Assembly: GCA_964384425.1 (NCBI GenBank)
Contig: CAYLKE010000002.1
Span: 10,365-74,364, forward strand
Origin: an uncultured Methanosarcinales archaeon
Lineage (GTDB): Archaea > Nanobdellota > Nanobdellia > Woesearchaeales > JAGLXL01
Direction: 5' to 3'
Length of the DNA stretch: 64,000 nucleotides
Shown: one piece after another, positions 1-9,625 of the stretch
How the letters are laid out: every line of letters starts with the position of its first letter
How positions within the stretch are numbered: the stretch's first letter is position 1
Translations under genes and position numbers: made by a program
Notes under the pieces: generated by a model
Told to the model about the DNA's origin: nothing
What the model saw: only the letters and a program-made list of their open reading frames with translations
The model's database searches: none

Positions 1-1
1 A

Positions 2-919
2 AGAAATAATTATAATATTATAAGATTCCCTTCATTTAGATATTTTTTTTACAAAAATAGAAAAAAAACAACTCAAAAACTTAGACAAAAAAATAAATCT
101 CTTTTTTCTTCAATTCTAATTATTTTTAATATAATTAGTGCTATAGAAATGAAATATTGGATTTGGAAAATAAATAAAAAGTATGGGGCGTTTGATATTT
201 TGCATGGAAATAATATTGAATCTGACTTAGGAATTGCATTTTCTAACATAAAAGCAAAAAAAATTGCACATTTAAGAGATGCTATATTATTAACTCAATT
301 TAGTAAATCCAATATCTTTCTTAAGTATATAAGAAGCAAATTAAGAAGAAAAATTGACAAATTTATTGCTATAAGTAAATTCATTAAAACTAAATATCAC
401 ACTTTTCTTAATATTCCTGAAAATAAATTTGATATAATCTATAATGATGTGTCTAAAGAACAAATATGTGAATTAAATAAAAAACAAGCTAGAGAAAAAT
501 TAAATTTAGACTTAAATAAAAAATATGTTGTTTCTATTGGATCAATTACTAAAGAAAAAGGAATTGATTTTGTTGTTGAAAAATTAGCCCCTTATCTTCC
601 AGATGTAATTTTTTTAATAATAGGTGGAGGATATTTAAAAGAGGAATTAGAAAAGAAAAAAACAAATAATGTTAAATTCTTAGGAAATATAAGTAATAAA
701 GAAGTTAAATATTATTTTAAAGCAGCTGATATTTTCATTGTCCCCTCAAAATGGGAAGAACCATTAGGAAGAGTTTCATTAGAGGCACAAGCAAATAACA
801 CTTATACAATTACTTCTAAAAAAGGTGGATTACCTGAAACTATAAAGAACAATAAAACTGGAAAAGCTATTGAATTAAAAAGTTTTGAAAGAGCAATTAA
901 AGATTATTTTAAAAAATAA
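2..919 (+). CDS. Glycosyltransferase family 4 (GT-B fold), 5'-partial at window edge
   Basis: It has the EX7E motif (EEPLGRVSLE) and a GGLPE segment typical of retaining GT4 enzymes. The frame of the listed ORF (ATG at 149) stays open with no stop back to nt 2. At 256 aa the listed ORF is short for a GT4, so the gene probably begins left of the window. Confidence 0.7.
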   Translation, partial: RNNYNIIRFPSFRYFFYKNRKKTTQKLRQKNKSLFSSILIIFNIISAIEMKYWIWKINKKYGAFDILHGNNIESDLGIAFSNIKAKKIAHLRDAILLTQFSKSNIFLKYIRSKLRRKIDKFIAISKFIKTKYHTFLNIPENKFDIIYNDVSKEQICELNKKQAREKLNLDLNKKYVVSIGSITKEKGIDFVVEKLAPYLPDVIFLIIGGGYLKEELEKKKTNNVKFLGNISNKEVKYYFKAADIFIVPSKWEEPLGRVSLEAQANNTYTITSKKGGLPETIKNNKTGKAIELKSFERAIKDYFKK

Positions 920-2734
920 TTATTTCATCCATTTCTTATACCATAAATTAAACATTAATAATGATAAAAATAGATTAGCATAATTCTTTTTTCCTTTTTG
1001 ATGCTTTTTCCAGCATTTTCTTATTATTTTCTTATTATAATAATCATAATCATTAAAATTAAATATTAATTCGTATGCAAATTCCTTTAATTCATTTCTA
1101 AAATATTCTGCAAAAGGAACAGAAAAACTTTGTTTCTTTCTGTATATTATGCTTTTTGGTAAGTATTTTTCAGCTAATTTTTTTAATAAGACTTTTGTTT
1201 GACCATGTTTTAATTTATATTTTTTTGGTATGTTGTTTGCAAATTCCACTAATTCATGATCTAAAAAAGGGAATCTTCCTTCTAAACTATTTGCCATACA
1301 ACATATATCTTCCTTAAAAAGAAGATCATTAGGAATATATTCTTTTTGATCAAATACAAAAGCACCATATACTGATTTTTTCCTAAAATATTTCTTAAAT
1401 TTATTGAAAATACTTCCTGAATCTATATTTAATTCTTTTTTATCAAAAAATGAAAATAATTTAGGATATAAACTCCAACAATATTCTTTTTCCCAAAATA
1501 ATAAACTAGCTTTTTGCAATTTCTTATTAAACATTCCAAAAAATTTTAGTGTTATATAAATAGGAATTCTTACCAAAGAAGGCAAATATGTAATCAATCT
1601 CAACTTATTAAAATGATAATAGCGTGTATATCCACCAAATAATTCATCTCCTCCTGTTCCAGATAAACCAATAGTAACATTTTTTTTGGCAACCTTGGCA
1701 AGTAGATAAGTTGGAATAGTTGAAGCATCGGAAAATGGTTCGTCAAAATAATTATTAATCTTATTAATCCATTTTTTAATATCTTTTGCAGAAAATTTAA
1801 TTTCGTGATGTTTTGTATTTAACATTTTAGAAACTTTTCTTGCATACTTTGATTCATCATATTTTGCTCTATCAAAACTAACAGAAAATGTTTCTAATTT
1901 TTTTATTTTCTTTCTCATAAAAGAAACAATTAAAGAACTATCAACGCCTCCAGAAAGAAAAGCTCCCACTGGTCTATCAGATATCATTCTTCTTTCAATA
2001 CTTTTATTTAACTTTTTTGTTACAATATCAATTATTTCTTTTTCTTTTATTTTATTATTTAACTTGATATTAACATCCCAATATTTTTGATAATCCTTAA
2101 TTTCTTTTTTCTTTAAATCATAAATTATGTAGTGCCCCGGTTTTAATTTCTTTACGTTTTTCAATATTGTTAAATTCAATGGAGTATATCCAAATAATAA
2201 ATAATGATTCAGCGCTTCTTTACTTATTTCTTTTTTAACAATATTTAATTTAATTATGCATTTTAGTTCAGAAGCAAAAATAAATCTTTTATTTTCATGA
2301 TAATAACATAATGGTTTCATACCTAATCTATCTCTTGCTAAAAATAATTCATTTTTCTTTTTATCATAAATACAAAAAGCAAATTGTCCATTAAATTTTT
2401 TTACACAATCAACGCCCCATTCTTTATATGCGTTAATAATAACTTCAGTATCAGTTTTAGTTTTGAATTTGTATCTCTTGTTTTTTAATTCATTCTTTAT
2501 TTTTTGATAATTATATATCTCCCCATTAAATACAATAATTATATTGTTATTTATACTTTTCATTGGTTGTTTTCCAAAACTAGATAAATCAATAATAGAT
2601 AATCTTTTATGTCCTAAAGTAACATTTTTATCAGAGAAATATCCTTCTTGATCTGGTCCTCTATGAGAAATAAATTTAATTATTTGTTTTATTAATTTTT
2701 TATCATTCCAGGTTATTCCACATATCCCACACAT
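920..2734 (-). CDS. asnB: Asparagine synthetase (glutamine-hydrolysing), AsnB family
   Basis: The N-terminal MCGICGI provides the Ntn catalytic Cys2, and SGGVDSS is the PP-loop. The listed TTG start at 2749 would bury the nucleophilic Cys, so the ATG at 2734 is preferred. Confidence 0.85.
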   Translation of the reverse strand: MCGICGITWNDKKLIKQIIKFISHRGPDQEGYFSDKNVTLGHKRLSIIDLSSFGKQPMKSINNNIIIVFNGEIYNYQKIKNELKNKRYKFKTKTDTEVIINAYKEWGVDCVKKFNGQFAFCIYDKKKNELFLARDRLGMKPLCYYHENKRFIFASELKCIIKLNIVKKEISKEALNHYLLFGYTPLNLTILKNVKKLKPGHYIIYDLKKKEIKDYQKYWDVNIKLNNKIKEKEIIDIVTKKLNKSIERRMISDRPVGAFLSGGVDSSLIVSFMRKKIKKLETFSVSFDRAKYDESKYARKVSKMLNTKHHEIKFSAKDIKKWINKINNYFDEPFSDASTIPTYLLAKVAKKNVTIGLSGTGGDELFGGYTRYYHFNKLRLITYLPSLVRIPIYITLKFFGMFNKKLQKASLLFWEKEYCWSLYPKLFSFFDKKELNIDSGSIFNKFKKYFRKKSVYGAFVFDQKEYIPNDLLFKEDICCMANSLEGRFPFLDHELVEFANNIPKKYKLKHGQTKVLLKKLAEKYLPKSIIYRKKQSFSVPFAEYFRNELKEFAYELIFNFNDYDYYNKKIIRKCWKKHQKGKKNYANLFLSLLMFNLWYKKWMK

Positions 2735-2830
2735 TTTAAATATTATCAAGGAAACATTAATAAATGTTACCGAATCATATAAAAATAAATTAATCTATAT
2801 GATTTAATAAAAGAAAAAATATAATAAAAA

Positions 2831-3583
2831 ATGATTCCATATAAAGATATCAAAGCAGTAGCATTTAGAGATTTTGAAATAAAAAATAATAGGTTATATA
2901 AGAAAATATATAGAATTCTTGCAAGTTATTTGGTTTTTATTTTTCAATTCTTTCCAATTACACCAAATATGGTTTCATTGAGTGCTATTATTGTAACTTT
3001 TTTAGGAGGATTTTTCTTTTTAAAATATAATATTTACTTATTTTTTGCAGGTGTTTTAATGCTTTATTTAGGTGAATTATTAGATCATGCAGATGGTAAT
3101 TTAGCAAGAGTTACAAAAAAAACATCAAAAATAATTTCAGTATTATTGGATGATTATTTCCATGAAATACCTAGACAATTCATATTCTTTTTTATAGGTT
3201 TAGGAGGATATTTAATTTTTAATAAAATCATTTATCTTTATTTGGGATTTATAGTATTAGTTTTTCAATTATTAACTATGCATTTATCACAATTAAGAAG
3301 AGCTGTATTGGCAATGCAAGTAAACACTGGATTTTTTAATGAAGCAAACGATAATAATCCTTTTTCTCAATCTAAAATTAAAAAATTAGGCATGAAAATT
3401 GCTGTTTTTCCAATGAAAGAAAATAAATTAATATTACTTATTTCAGTTATTATTACATTTTTTGTTCCTAATTTCATATTTAATATTTTGTACTTTTACG
3501 CACCCTTTATATTTTTAAGGTTCTTTGCTTTTTTCTATGTTTCATATAAAGGAGTTCAATCTTTTGAGAAAAAAATTCAATAA
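2831..3583 (+). CDS. CDP-alcohol phosphatidyltransferase family membrane protein
   Basis: The protein is polytopic and hydrophobic, with DHADGNLAR matching the DGxxAR core of the family motif. The distal G..D...D part is divergent (S...D...H). It is the first gene of a tightly packed plus-strand operon. Confidence 0.55.
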   Translation: MIPYKDIKAVAFRDFEIKNNRLYKKIYRILASYLVFIFQFFPITPNMVSLSAIIVTFLGGFFFLKYNIYLFFAGVLMLYLGELLDHADGNLARVTKKTSKIISVLLDDYFHEIPRQFIFFFIGLGGYLIFNKIIYLYLGFIVLVFQLLTMHLSQLRRAVLAMQVNTGFFNEANDNNPFSQSKIKKLGMKIAVFPMKENKLILLISVIITFFVPNFIFNILYFYAPFIFLRFFAFFYVSYKGVQSFEKKIQ

Positions 3584-3584
3584 A

Positions 3585-4577
3585 ATGAAAATAATTGCTA
3601 TACCTTTTGGTACTCATAAAGCACATCCTGTAAATCAAGAATGGTTTAAGTCAGTAGGAGTTACTAAATCAAAATCCTTTACTGGTTTTAATTCAAGAAA
3701 AATTGTAACAAAATACCCTTTTATTTCTCAGATTTTAGGATTCATTCATTCAATATTAATGCCCAAGGCAGATGTTTATTTATTAACTAGTGTAGCTTCA
3801 GTAATATCTGTTGTTTTAAATAAAAAATTATTTGGTAGTAAAATAATCACAGTTAATTCAGATACTTTTTACAAGGACCTAAAAAATGCAAGAGGAATTA
3901 GAAAATTATATATGAAATGGTTAGTGAAACACGTTGATGCGATTATTTCAACATCTAATATGATGAAAAACATATCATCAAAGTTTACAAATGTTCCCAA
4001 TGAAGTAGTTTATCCTTTTTGTAATGTAGAAAAATTTGAAAAAAATAAATATAATGCAAATAGTATTAATATTTGTTCTATTGGATTGGGAATAAGTACA
4101 AAAGGAACAGATATATTATACAAAGTATTTGATAATGTCAAGAGAAAAATTTCTAATTCTAAACTTTATGCTCTCGGAGATCTTATTTTTATTAAAAATA
4201 TTAAAAAACCAAAAGATTGTATAAATCCAGGAGTTGTTGATCCATTAAAATATATATGTGATTCGGGTGTGTATGTAAATACATCTCGTCATGAATCTTT
4301 TGGTGTAAATATAATTGAAGCTATGTGTGCAGGATTACCAGTTATTGCTACTAAAAATTGTGGTGCTTCTGAATTAATTTCACCTCATTATCCTGAATTA
4401 ATTACTTCATTAGATCCTATTGAAATATCTGAAAAAATAATTTCTCTTTTAAACAAAAAAGAAAAAAAGAAAAAAATAGGAAAACATCTTAAGAAAATAG
4501 GAAAAGAATTTACTAAAGAAAAAAGTATATCTGATTTTAAAAATACTTTTTATACATTACTGAAGAAAATAAAATGA
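3585..4577 (+). CDS. Glycosyltransferase family 4
   Basis: It has the EX7E motif (ESFGVNIIE) followed by AMCAGLPVIAT. The ATG at 3585 directly follows the upstream stop (3581-3583). The listed TTG start at 3525 would overlap the previous gene by 59 nt. Confidence 0.8.
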   Translation: MKIIAIPFGTHKAHPVNQEWFKSVGVTKSKSFTGFNSRKIVTKYPFISQILGFIHSILMPKADVYLLTSVASVISVVLNKKLFGSKIITVNSDTFYKDLKNARGIRKLYMKWLVKHVDAIISTSNMMKNISSKFTNVPNEVVYPFCNVEKFEKNKYNANSINICSIGLGISTKGTDILYKVFDNVKRKISNSKLYALGDLIFIKNIKKPKDCINPGVVDPLKYICDSGVYVNTSRHESFGVNIIEAMCAGLPVIATKNCGASELISPHYPELITSLDPIEISEKIISLLNKKEKKKKIGKHLKKIGKEFTKEKSISDFKNTFYTLLKKIK

Positions 4578-6322
4578 AAAAAAGCAAACTTATTATTGTA
4601 GCCCCTCATCCAGATGATGAATGGATAGGATGTGGTTGTAGTATACAAAAAGCTGTAGATGAAGGAAGAAAAGTTAAAGTAATTCTTGTAACTGGAAGAG
4701 TAAAATCAAGGGTTGAATTGTCAAAAGAACTTGCTAAGAAATATGGATATGAATTATTATTTTTAGATGAAACAGAAAGAAATCTAAATGAAGAAAACAT
4801 AATCAATATTATCAAAAAAGAGATTTCTATTAACGATACAGTACTTATTCCTTCTTATGATTCTCATCCAGATCATCAATTAATTAATATTATTGCTAAA
4901 GAAAACATAAAGAATAAAGAACTGTTTGAATATGGTATTTATAATAATTCTAAAAATATTTTTAAAAGAGCATTTAATAAAATAAAAAGTTTAATAACTA
5001 AAAAGGGATATACTAGTTTTTTCAAAGGAAGAGGAGTTAGTTTTTCTTATAAGGAAAAAGTAAAACAAAAACACATAAAAGAATTTGATGAATTTCCCAG
5101 AGCAGCTGATCTTTTAAGACCTGCAAAAACTAAATTAAATATTGTTTTTTTAACTAAAGATTATCATGTAAATACTGTTGATGCAGGATTTACAAGCATT
5201 TTAAATCTAGCTAAAAAACTAAAAGAAAAAGGACATTTTGTTACAATGATAAGTAATAAGAGTCATAAAGTTAATTATGGTTCTCCTGCAAATAAAATTT
5301 ATGAGGTTTTTAAAGGAATTCCAATATATCGACCTTATGGCTTTAAATATTTGAATTTTAAAATTGGTCCTTTGAGTTTAAATTTTATAATTAATAGATT
5401 TATTGCTCCAGTATTGGGTTTAAGATATGTGCAAAAAAAACTTAAATTTAAATTTAATATCATACATGGATCCAGCTCTGCATCTTATTTGATAATACCT
5501 TCATTACTAGCTAAATTATTTTCTCAGAGAGCAAAAATATTTCATTCTATACGTTCTGAATCCCATTTTAGTTTGTGGGGATTGAAAACCTCATTTTTAC
5601 TAAATTTTACACAAAAAACATTTGTTACCTTACAGAGTTTAATTAAAAAGATAATCAAAGATGGATGTAATCCTAAAAATCTTGAATTAATAAGATCATC
5701 AATTGATTTAAGCAAATTTAAAAGAATAAAAGAAAAACCTGAATCTCTTAGAAAAAAACATAATGTTGCTAAGGAAGACAAAGTTGTTTTATATTATGGA
5801 AAAGGAGGACATCTAAAAGGTGTTGATGTTTTATTAAAAGCAATTAATTTTATTCCTGAAAATGAAAAAGTTAAGTTTATTTTTTATCATCCAGTTATTT
5901 GGCTACCACATATTGTAAAATTATATGAAAAGCACAAGTACAAATATAAGATCTCTTTTAATATTGGTAAAATTAATGTTCCAGATTACTTAAACATGGC
6001 AGATATACAAGTTCTTCCATTTAAATCAATCCAAGGAACAGAAGGAAACCCTCTCTGTCTATTAGAGGGAATGAGTACAAAAACTCCAATCGTGACAACT
6101 GAATTAAATGATTTAAAAGAAATTGTTGAAAAGGATAAAGATGTTTTAATGGCCCAACCTGATAATCCAGAATCTTTAGCAAATGAAATAATGAGATTAT
6201 TGAATGACAAAGAATTGCAAAAAATATTAATCTGTAATTCATATGAAAAATCAAAATCCTTTGATATAAATATCATCACAAAACAAATACATAGAAATTA
6301 TTTAATATCTTTAAACAAATAA
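4574..6322 (+). CDS. Fusion protein: N-terminal PIG-L/LmbE-family de-N-acetylase plus C-terminal GT4 glycosyltransferase
   Basis: The N-terminal part has AHPDDE-type (APHPDDEWIGCG) and HPDH motifs of the PIG-L/LmbE zinc deacetylases. The C-terminal part has EX7E (EGNPLCLLE) and a GT-B layout. Its start overlaps the upstream stop by 4 nt. Confidence 0.75.
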   Translation: MKKSKLIIVAPHPDDEWIGCGCSIQKAVDEGRKVKVILVTGRVKSRVELSKELAKKYGYELLFLDETERNLNEENIINIIKKEISINDTVLIPSYDSHPDHQLINIIAKENIKNKELFEYGIYNNSKNIFKRAFNKIKSLITKKGYTSFFKGRGVSFSYKEKVKQKHIKEFDEFPRAADLLRPAKTKLNIVFLTKDYHVNTVDAGFTSILNLAKKLKEKGHFVTMISNKSHKVNYGSPANKIYEVFKGIPIYRPYGFKYLNFKIGPLSLNFIINRFIAPVLGLRYVQKKLKFKFNIIHGSSSASYLIIPSLLAKLFSQRAKIFHSIRSESHFSLWGLKTSFLLNFTQKTFVTLQSLIKKIIKDGCNPKNLELIRSSIDLSKFKRIKEKPESLRKKHNVAKEDKVVLYYGKGGHLKGVDVLLKAINFIPENEKVKFIFYHPVIWLPHIVKLYEKHKYKYKISFNIGKINVPDYLNMADIQVLPFKSIQGTEGNPLCLLEGMSTKTPIVTTELNDLKEIVEKDKDVLMAQPDNPESLANEIMRLLNDKELQKILICNSYEKSKSFDINIITKQIHRNYLISLNK

Positions 6323-7854
6323 TGTTTTTTAACTTTTCTTAATCTAAACATATCTTGTATTTGTAAAAAACTTAATACTGTAAATACAATTGCTTTTTCT
6401 ATAAAATTCTTACCAACATATGCTCTCCAATTAGATAACGAATGTTTTATTATACTATGTTTTTTTAGTTTAAGTTTTTTCAATTTCACGTCTGTTATTA
6501 GATTATTTATGTTATGTTTTTTACAAAAACTCATTATTTTATTAAATCCATAATTTAATGGATTACTTACAAAAATAAATATCAAATCGTACTTTTTATA
6601 ATCTTTTTTAATTTGTCTGTAATCTTTAATAACAATTTCATTATTTTCTTTAAGTTTATTAATTAAAAATTTAAGCATATGTGAATCAGAATAATTATAT
6701 ATCATAATTTTCTTATTTTTTAATGTATCAATTTCTTTTTTGATTTCACTTGTTTGATAATTTTCTTCGAGAACCTTTAATGTTGTTTCTTTTGCTTCTT
6801 TTTCCGTTTTTTTATAAAATTGCCAAAATTCAAAAAGAATATTTTTTTGTTTTTGATTTAATTTTCTAATTTTTATTAGTCTTTTCTTCCAATCTTTATG
6901 ATTAATTCTTTTATAGAATGTTATTTTATCATGGTCAATCAATAATTCATAATTATTATTCCTAATAACTGTTTTTTTATATGGTTGACTGATGTATCTA
7001 TTATCTATTCTGACTAATCTGTTATTTATGATTTCTTTATTTTCATCATTTTCAATTAAATTTTTCAATGATATTGCTATTTTATTTTTAATAGGACTTT
7101 CTAATTTAATATAATCAAAGATAGTTTCAAATACATCAAATAATCCCACTTGAGTATTAATAATCTTATTTTTTACTTTTGATAATTCTGAAGGTAATTT
7201 AATAAATAAATTAGAACCATAACAATCCTCACTTACATATATAGAATGATTTCTAGGATTCATTAACCATCCTAATCCATGTATTTTTCCATAATCAGTA
7301 TATCCATGATCTGAAGAATTAATTATTATTGAATCTTCATACAAATTATTTTCTTTTAAATAAGTATATAATTTTTTAGTATATTCTTCTTGATCAGAAT
7401 GTGGTGCTAAATGCACATAAACAAAATTGTTTCCTTTGTAATCAAATTTATTTTTCATCACAAAAAGAAAATAATTCCAAATATCTATATTTTTAGATTT
7501 GAATTCTTTTTTATCTTCTTCAATACTTAAAATGTCTTTATAAAAATTCATACCTTCTTTACAAAAAAATATTCCATTTAAAGTATAATTATTTTCTTTA
7601 AGTAGAGTTAAGTAATTTTGATGATTTCCAAATTGTTTAAGTGCTGCATGGGCATAATACAATTCATATGAAAATCTTCCTGAGAAAAATGAACTTGTTG
7701 ACATAATAGTTGAGGTTGCTGATGCAATTGCATTTGTAAATAATATCCCTTCTGGAGCCATTTTCTTATACGTGGAAAGTTGTCCATAATTATCATTACC
7801 TGGAAATGCTCTATTTCCTTCATTTGCAATCCAAAATATGTTTTGTTTTTTCAT
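6298..7854 (-). CDS. Alkaline-phosphatase/sulfatase-superfamily protein (candidate phospho- or phosphonyl-group transferase) with an extra C-terminal domain
   Basis: It has an SSDHGY metal-ligand segment, and a Ser/Thr-rich segment (ASATSTIMSTSSFFSGRF) sits where sulfatases carry CxPxR. It is the last gene of the phosphonate operon. Confidence 0.55.
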   Translation of the reverse strand: MKKQNIFWIANEGNRAFPGNDNYGQLSTYKKMAPEGILFTNAIASATSTIMSTSSFFSGRFSYELYYAHAALKQFGNHQNYLTLLKENNYTLNGIFFCKEGMNFYKDILSIEEDKKEFKSKNIDIWNYFLFVMKNKFDYKGNNFVYVHLAPHSDQEEYTKKLYTYLKENNLYEDSIIINSSDHGYTDYGKIHGLGWLMNPRNHSIYVSEDCYGSNLFIKLPSELSKVKNKIINTQVGLFDVFETIFDYIKLESPIKNKIAISLKNLIENDENKEIINNRLVRIDNRYISQPYKKTVIRNNNYELLIDHDKITFYKRINHKDWKKRLIKIRKLNQKQKNILFEFWQFYKKTEKEAKETTLKVLEENYQTSEIKKEIDTLKNKKIMIYNYSDSHMLKFLINKLKENNEIVIKDYRQIKKDYKKYDLIFIFVSNPLNYGFNKIMSFCKKHNINNLITDVKLKKLKLKKHSIIKHSLSNWRAYVGKNFIEKAIVFTVLSFLQIQDMFRLRKVKKHYLFKDIK

Positions 7855-7865
7855 TTTAACCCTAT

Positions 7866-8495
7866 TTATTTCTTTTCAAAAACCATAACTAAATTTTGTC
7901 CAAATAACAAATTTTTAATTGGTAAGTTTATATGAATTAATGGTGTAACGCTTCTATTGAATGTTATTTTCTTAATTTTAAACAATTTTCTGACAAGCAT
8001 TTTAATTTGCCAAGTAAAAGTAGGAGTAATATGTGGTTCAAACCAATCTCTATCTTTTCCATACAATTTACCTTGAAAACTAGGAAATTTTCCAGTAAAT
8101 AAAAAGAATAACCTACTAAACCAATTTTGACTATTTGGTGTTGTAACAATTAATTTACCTTTTTCATTAAGCATATTATATGCATCAACAAATAATTTCT
8201 TGGAATTGTATATGTGTTCAATAACTTCTGTACAAATAACCATATCATATTTTTGTTTTATTTTAATTTCTTTATTCAAGTCAACCTTTAAACATTTAAT
8301 ATCAGAAGCACGATTAATAGAAGGATTAATATCTGTTGCAGTAATATCAAATCCTAGTTTATTTAATTTTAAAGGTACTCCACCATACCCACTACCCAAA
8401 TCAATAATTTTTTTTGGTTTATAATATTTAACTAATTTAACAACTGTTTCATGAAGATACTTTGATGCTCTTCTGTATTTTCTAGATTCTTTCAT
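7866..8495 (-). CDS. Class I SAM-dependent methyltransferase
   Basis: Motif I is IIDLGSGYGG, followed by an acidic post-I segment and the DMVICTEVIEHI motif. Its start overlaps the upstream gene's stop by 4 nt. Confidence 0.8.
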   Translation of the reverse strand: MKESRKYRRASKYLHETVVKLVKYYKPKKIIDLGSGYGGVPLKLNKLGFDITATDINPSINRASDIKCLKVDLNKEIKIKQKYDMVICTEVIEHIYNSKKLFVDAYNMLNEKGKLIVTTPNSQNWFSRLFFLFTGKFPSFQGKLYGKDRDWFEPHITPTFTWQIKMLVRKLFKIKKITFNRSVTPLIHINLPIKNLLFGQNLVMVFEKK

Positions 8496-9625
8496 TTTTC
8501 CACTTTATTTTTTAAAATATATATCAATCCTTTGTTATCAACACTTCTAGGATTGTTCTTTGCCCTTTCTAGATTAAAATTTAATGATAGTTCATTTAAG
8601 TCTTTTTCATCTATACCTAATTTTTCCAATTTAGTTTCAAGACGTATATTTTCCATAATCTGATTAACTTTTAAATTTATCTCTTTTACATTATTAACAT
8701 TAAATATATCACATATTTCTTGTATAGTTTGCTTTACATATTCTACTCCTCTTTTATCTAAACAATCATCTTTTTGGACATTGTTATTATAGATTGCAAA
8801 TTGTCCTAATATAAGTCCAACAGCATGTCCATGAGGAATTCCATGATTAGAAGTAAATGTATATGAAACTGCATGAGGTGCAGTAGTTTTTGTAATGTTG
8901 ATTGCTTTTCCTGCTAAATTAGCAGCATTTAACATATTTTGCTTTGCTATAATGGAATCGCCATTTACTGCTTTATCAATACTTCCTAAGGTTAATATCA
9001 TTGCTTTTTTTGCATAATTTTTAGATTCTTCTGTTGAATTTATAGACCAATATGATTCAACAGCTTGACATAATGCATCCATCCCACTAGATGCTGCAAC
9101 AGATTTAGGAAGATTTTTTGTTAAATTTGAATCTAAAATACAATAATCTGGTAATAAATAATTATGTGCAAGAGAATATTTTTTTTTATCTTTGTAAACA
9201 ACAGCAAAATGAGTTGCCTCACTTCCTGACCCAAATGTTGTTGGAATTGCAATCAAAGGTTTTCCTTTTTCTAAGATTGGCATTTCTTTTTTCAAATAAC
9301 TTTCTATTGAAGCAGAATTATGAGAAAATGTATTTATTGATTTTGCCATGTCTATAACACTTCCTCCACCAATTGCTACAATTATATCATATATTTTTTC
9401 ATTAAAATGTTTTAATCCTTTTTTAATATCTTCAACTTTTACATTTGGAGAAAAATCATTAAAGAAAAAAGAATTATAATCTTGAAAATTATTTTCAATG
9501 TAATTTTTTGCTCCACACAGTTCAAATGATTTTTTACCTGTAACAAAAAAAATATTTTTGGCATAAAGATTCCCAATTATACAATTTAAATAATTAATAC
9601 CAAAATACTCTCTTTGATTAGTCAT
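8492..9625 (-). CDS. Iron-containing (group III) alcohol dehydrogenase, candidate phosphonoacetaldehyde reductase
   Basis: It has the GGGSVIDMAK NAD(P)-binding motif and a His-rich metal site (PHAVSY, HGIPHGHAV). The specific role is inferred from its position directly downstream of ppd and pepM. Confidence 0.65.
   Translation of the reverse strand: MTNQREYFGINYLNCIIGNLYAKNIFFVTGKKSFELCGAKNYIENNFQDYNSFFFNDFSPNVKVEDIKKGLKHFNEKIYDIIVAIGGGSVIDMAKSINTFSHNSASIESYLKKEMPILEKGKPLIAIPTTFGSGSEATHFAVVYKDKKKYSLAHNYLLPDYCILDSNLTKNLPKSVAASSGMDALCQAVESYWSINSTEESKNYAKKAMILTLGSIDKAVNGDSIIAKQNMLNAANLAGKAINITKTTAPHAVSYTFTSNHGIPHGHAVGLILGQFAIYNNNVQKDDCLDKRGVEYVKQTIQEICDIFNVNNVKEINLKVNQIMENIRLETKLEKLGIDEKDLNELSLNFNLERAKNNPRSVDNKGLIYILKNKVEK

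Noticed and set aside
2735-2749. TTG-initiated 5-aa extension of AsnB
   Set aside because: Class II glutamine amidotransferases need Cys as the first residue after Met removal. The ATG immediately before CGICG (2734) is the functional start.
2753-2803. Palindromes AACATTAATAAATGTT and ATCATATA..TATATGAT in the asnB / CDP-alcohol-transferase divergent promoter, considered as operator sites
   Set aside because: Short A/T-only inverted repeats are expected by chance at this base composition, and nothing else supports them.
6298-7854. Bona fide sulfatase
   Set aside because: No C/S-x-P-x-R formylglycine motif is visible. A Ser/Thr-rich segment occupies that position, so I call it only an alkaline-phosphatase-superfamily member.
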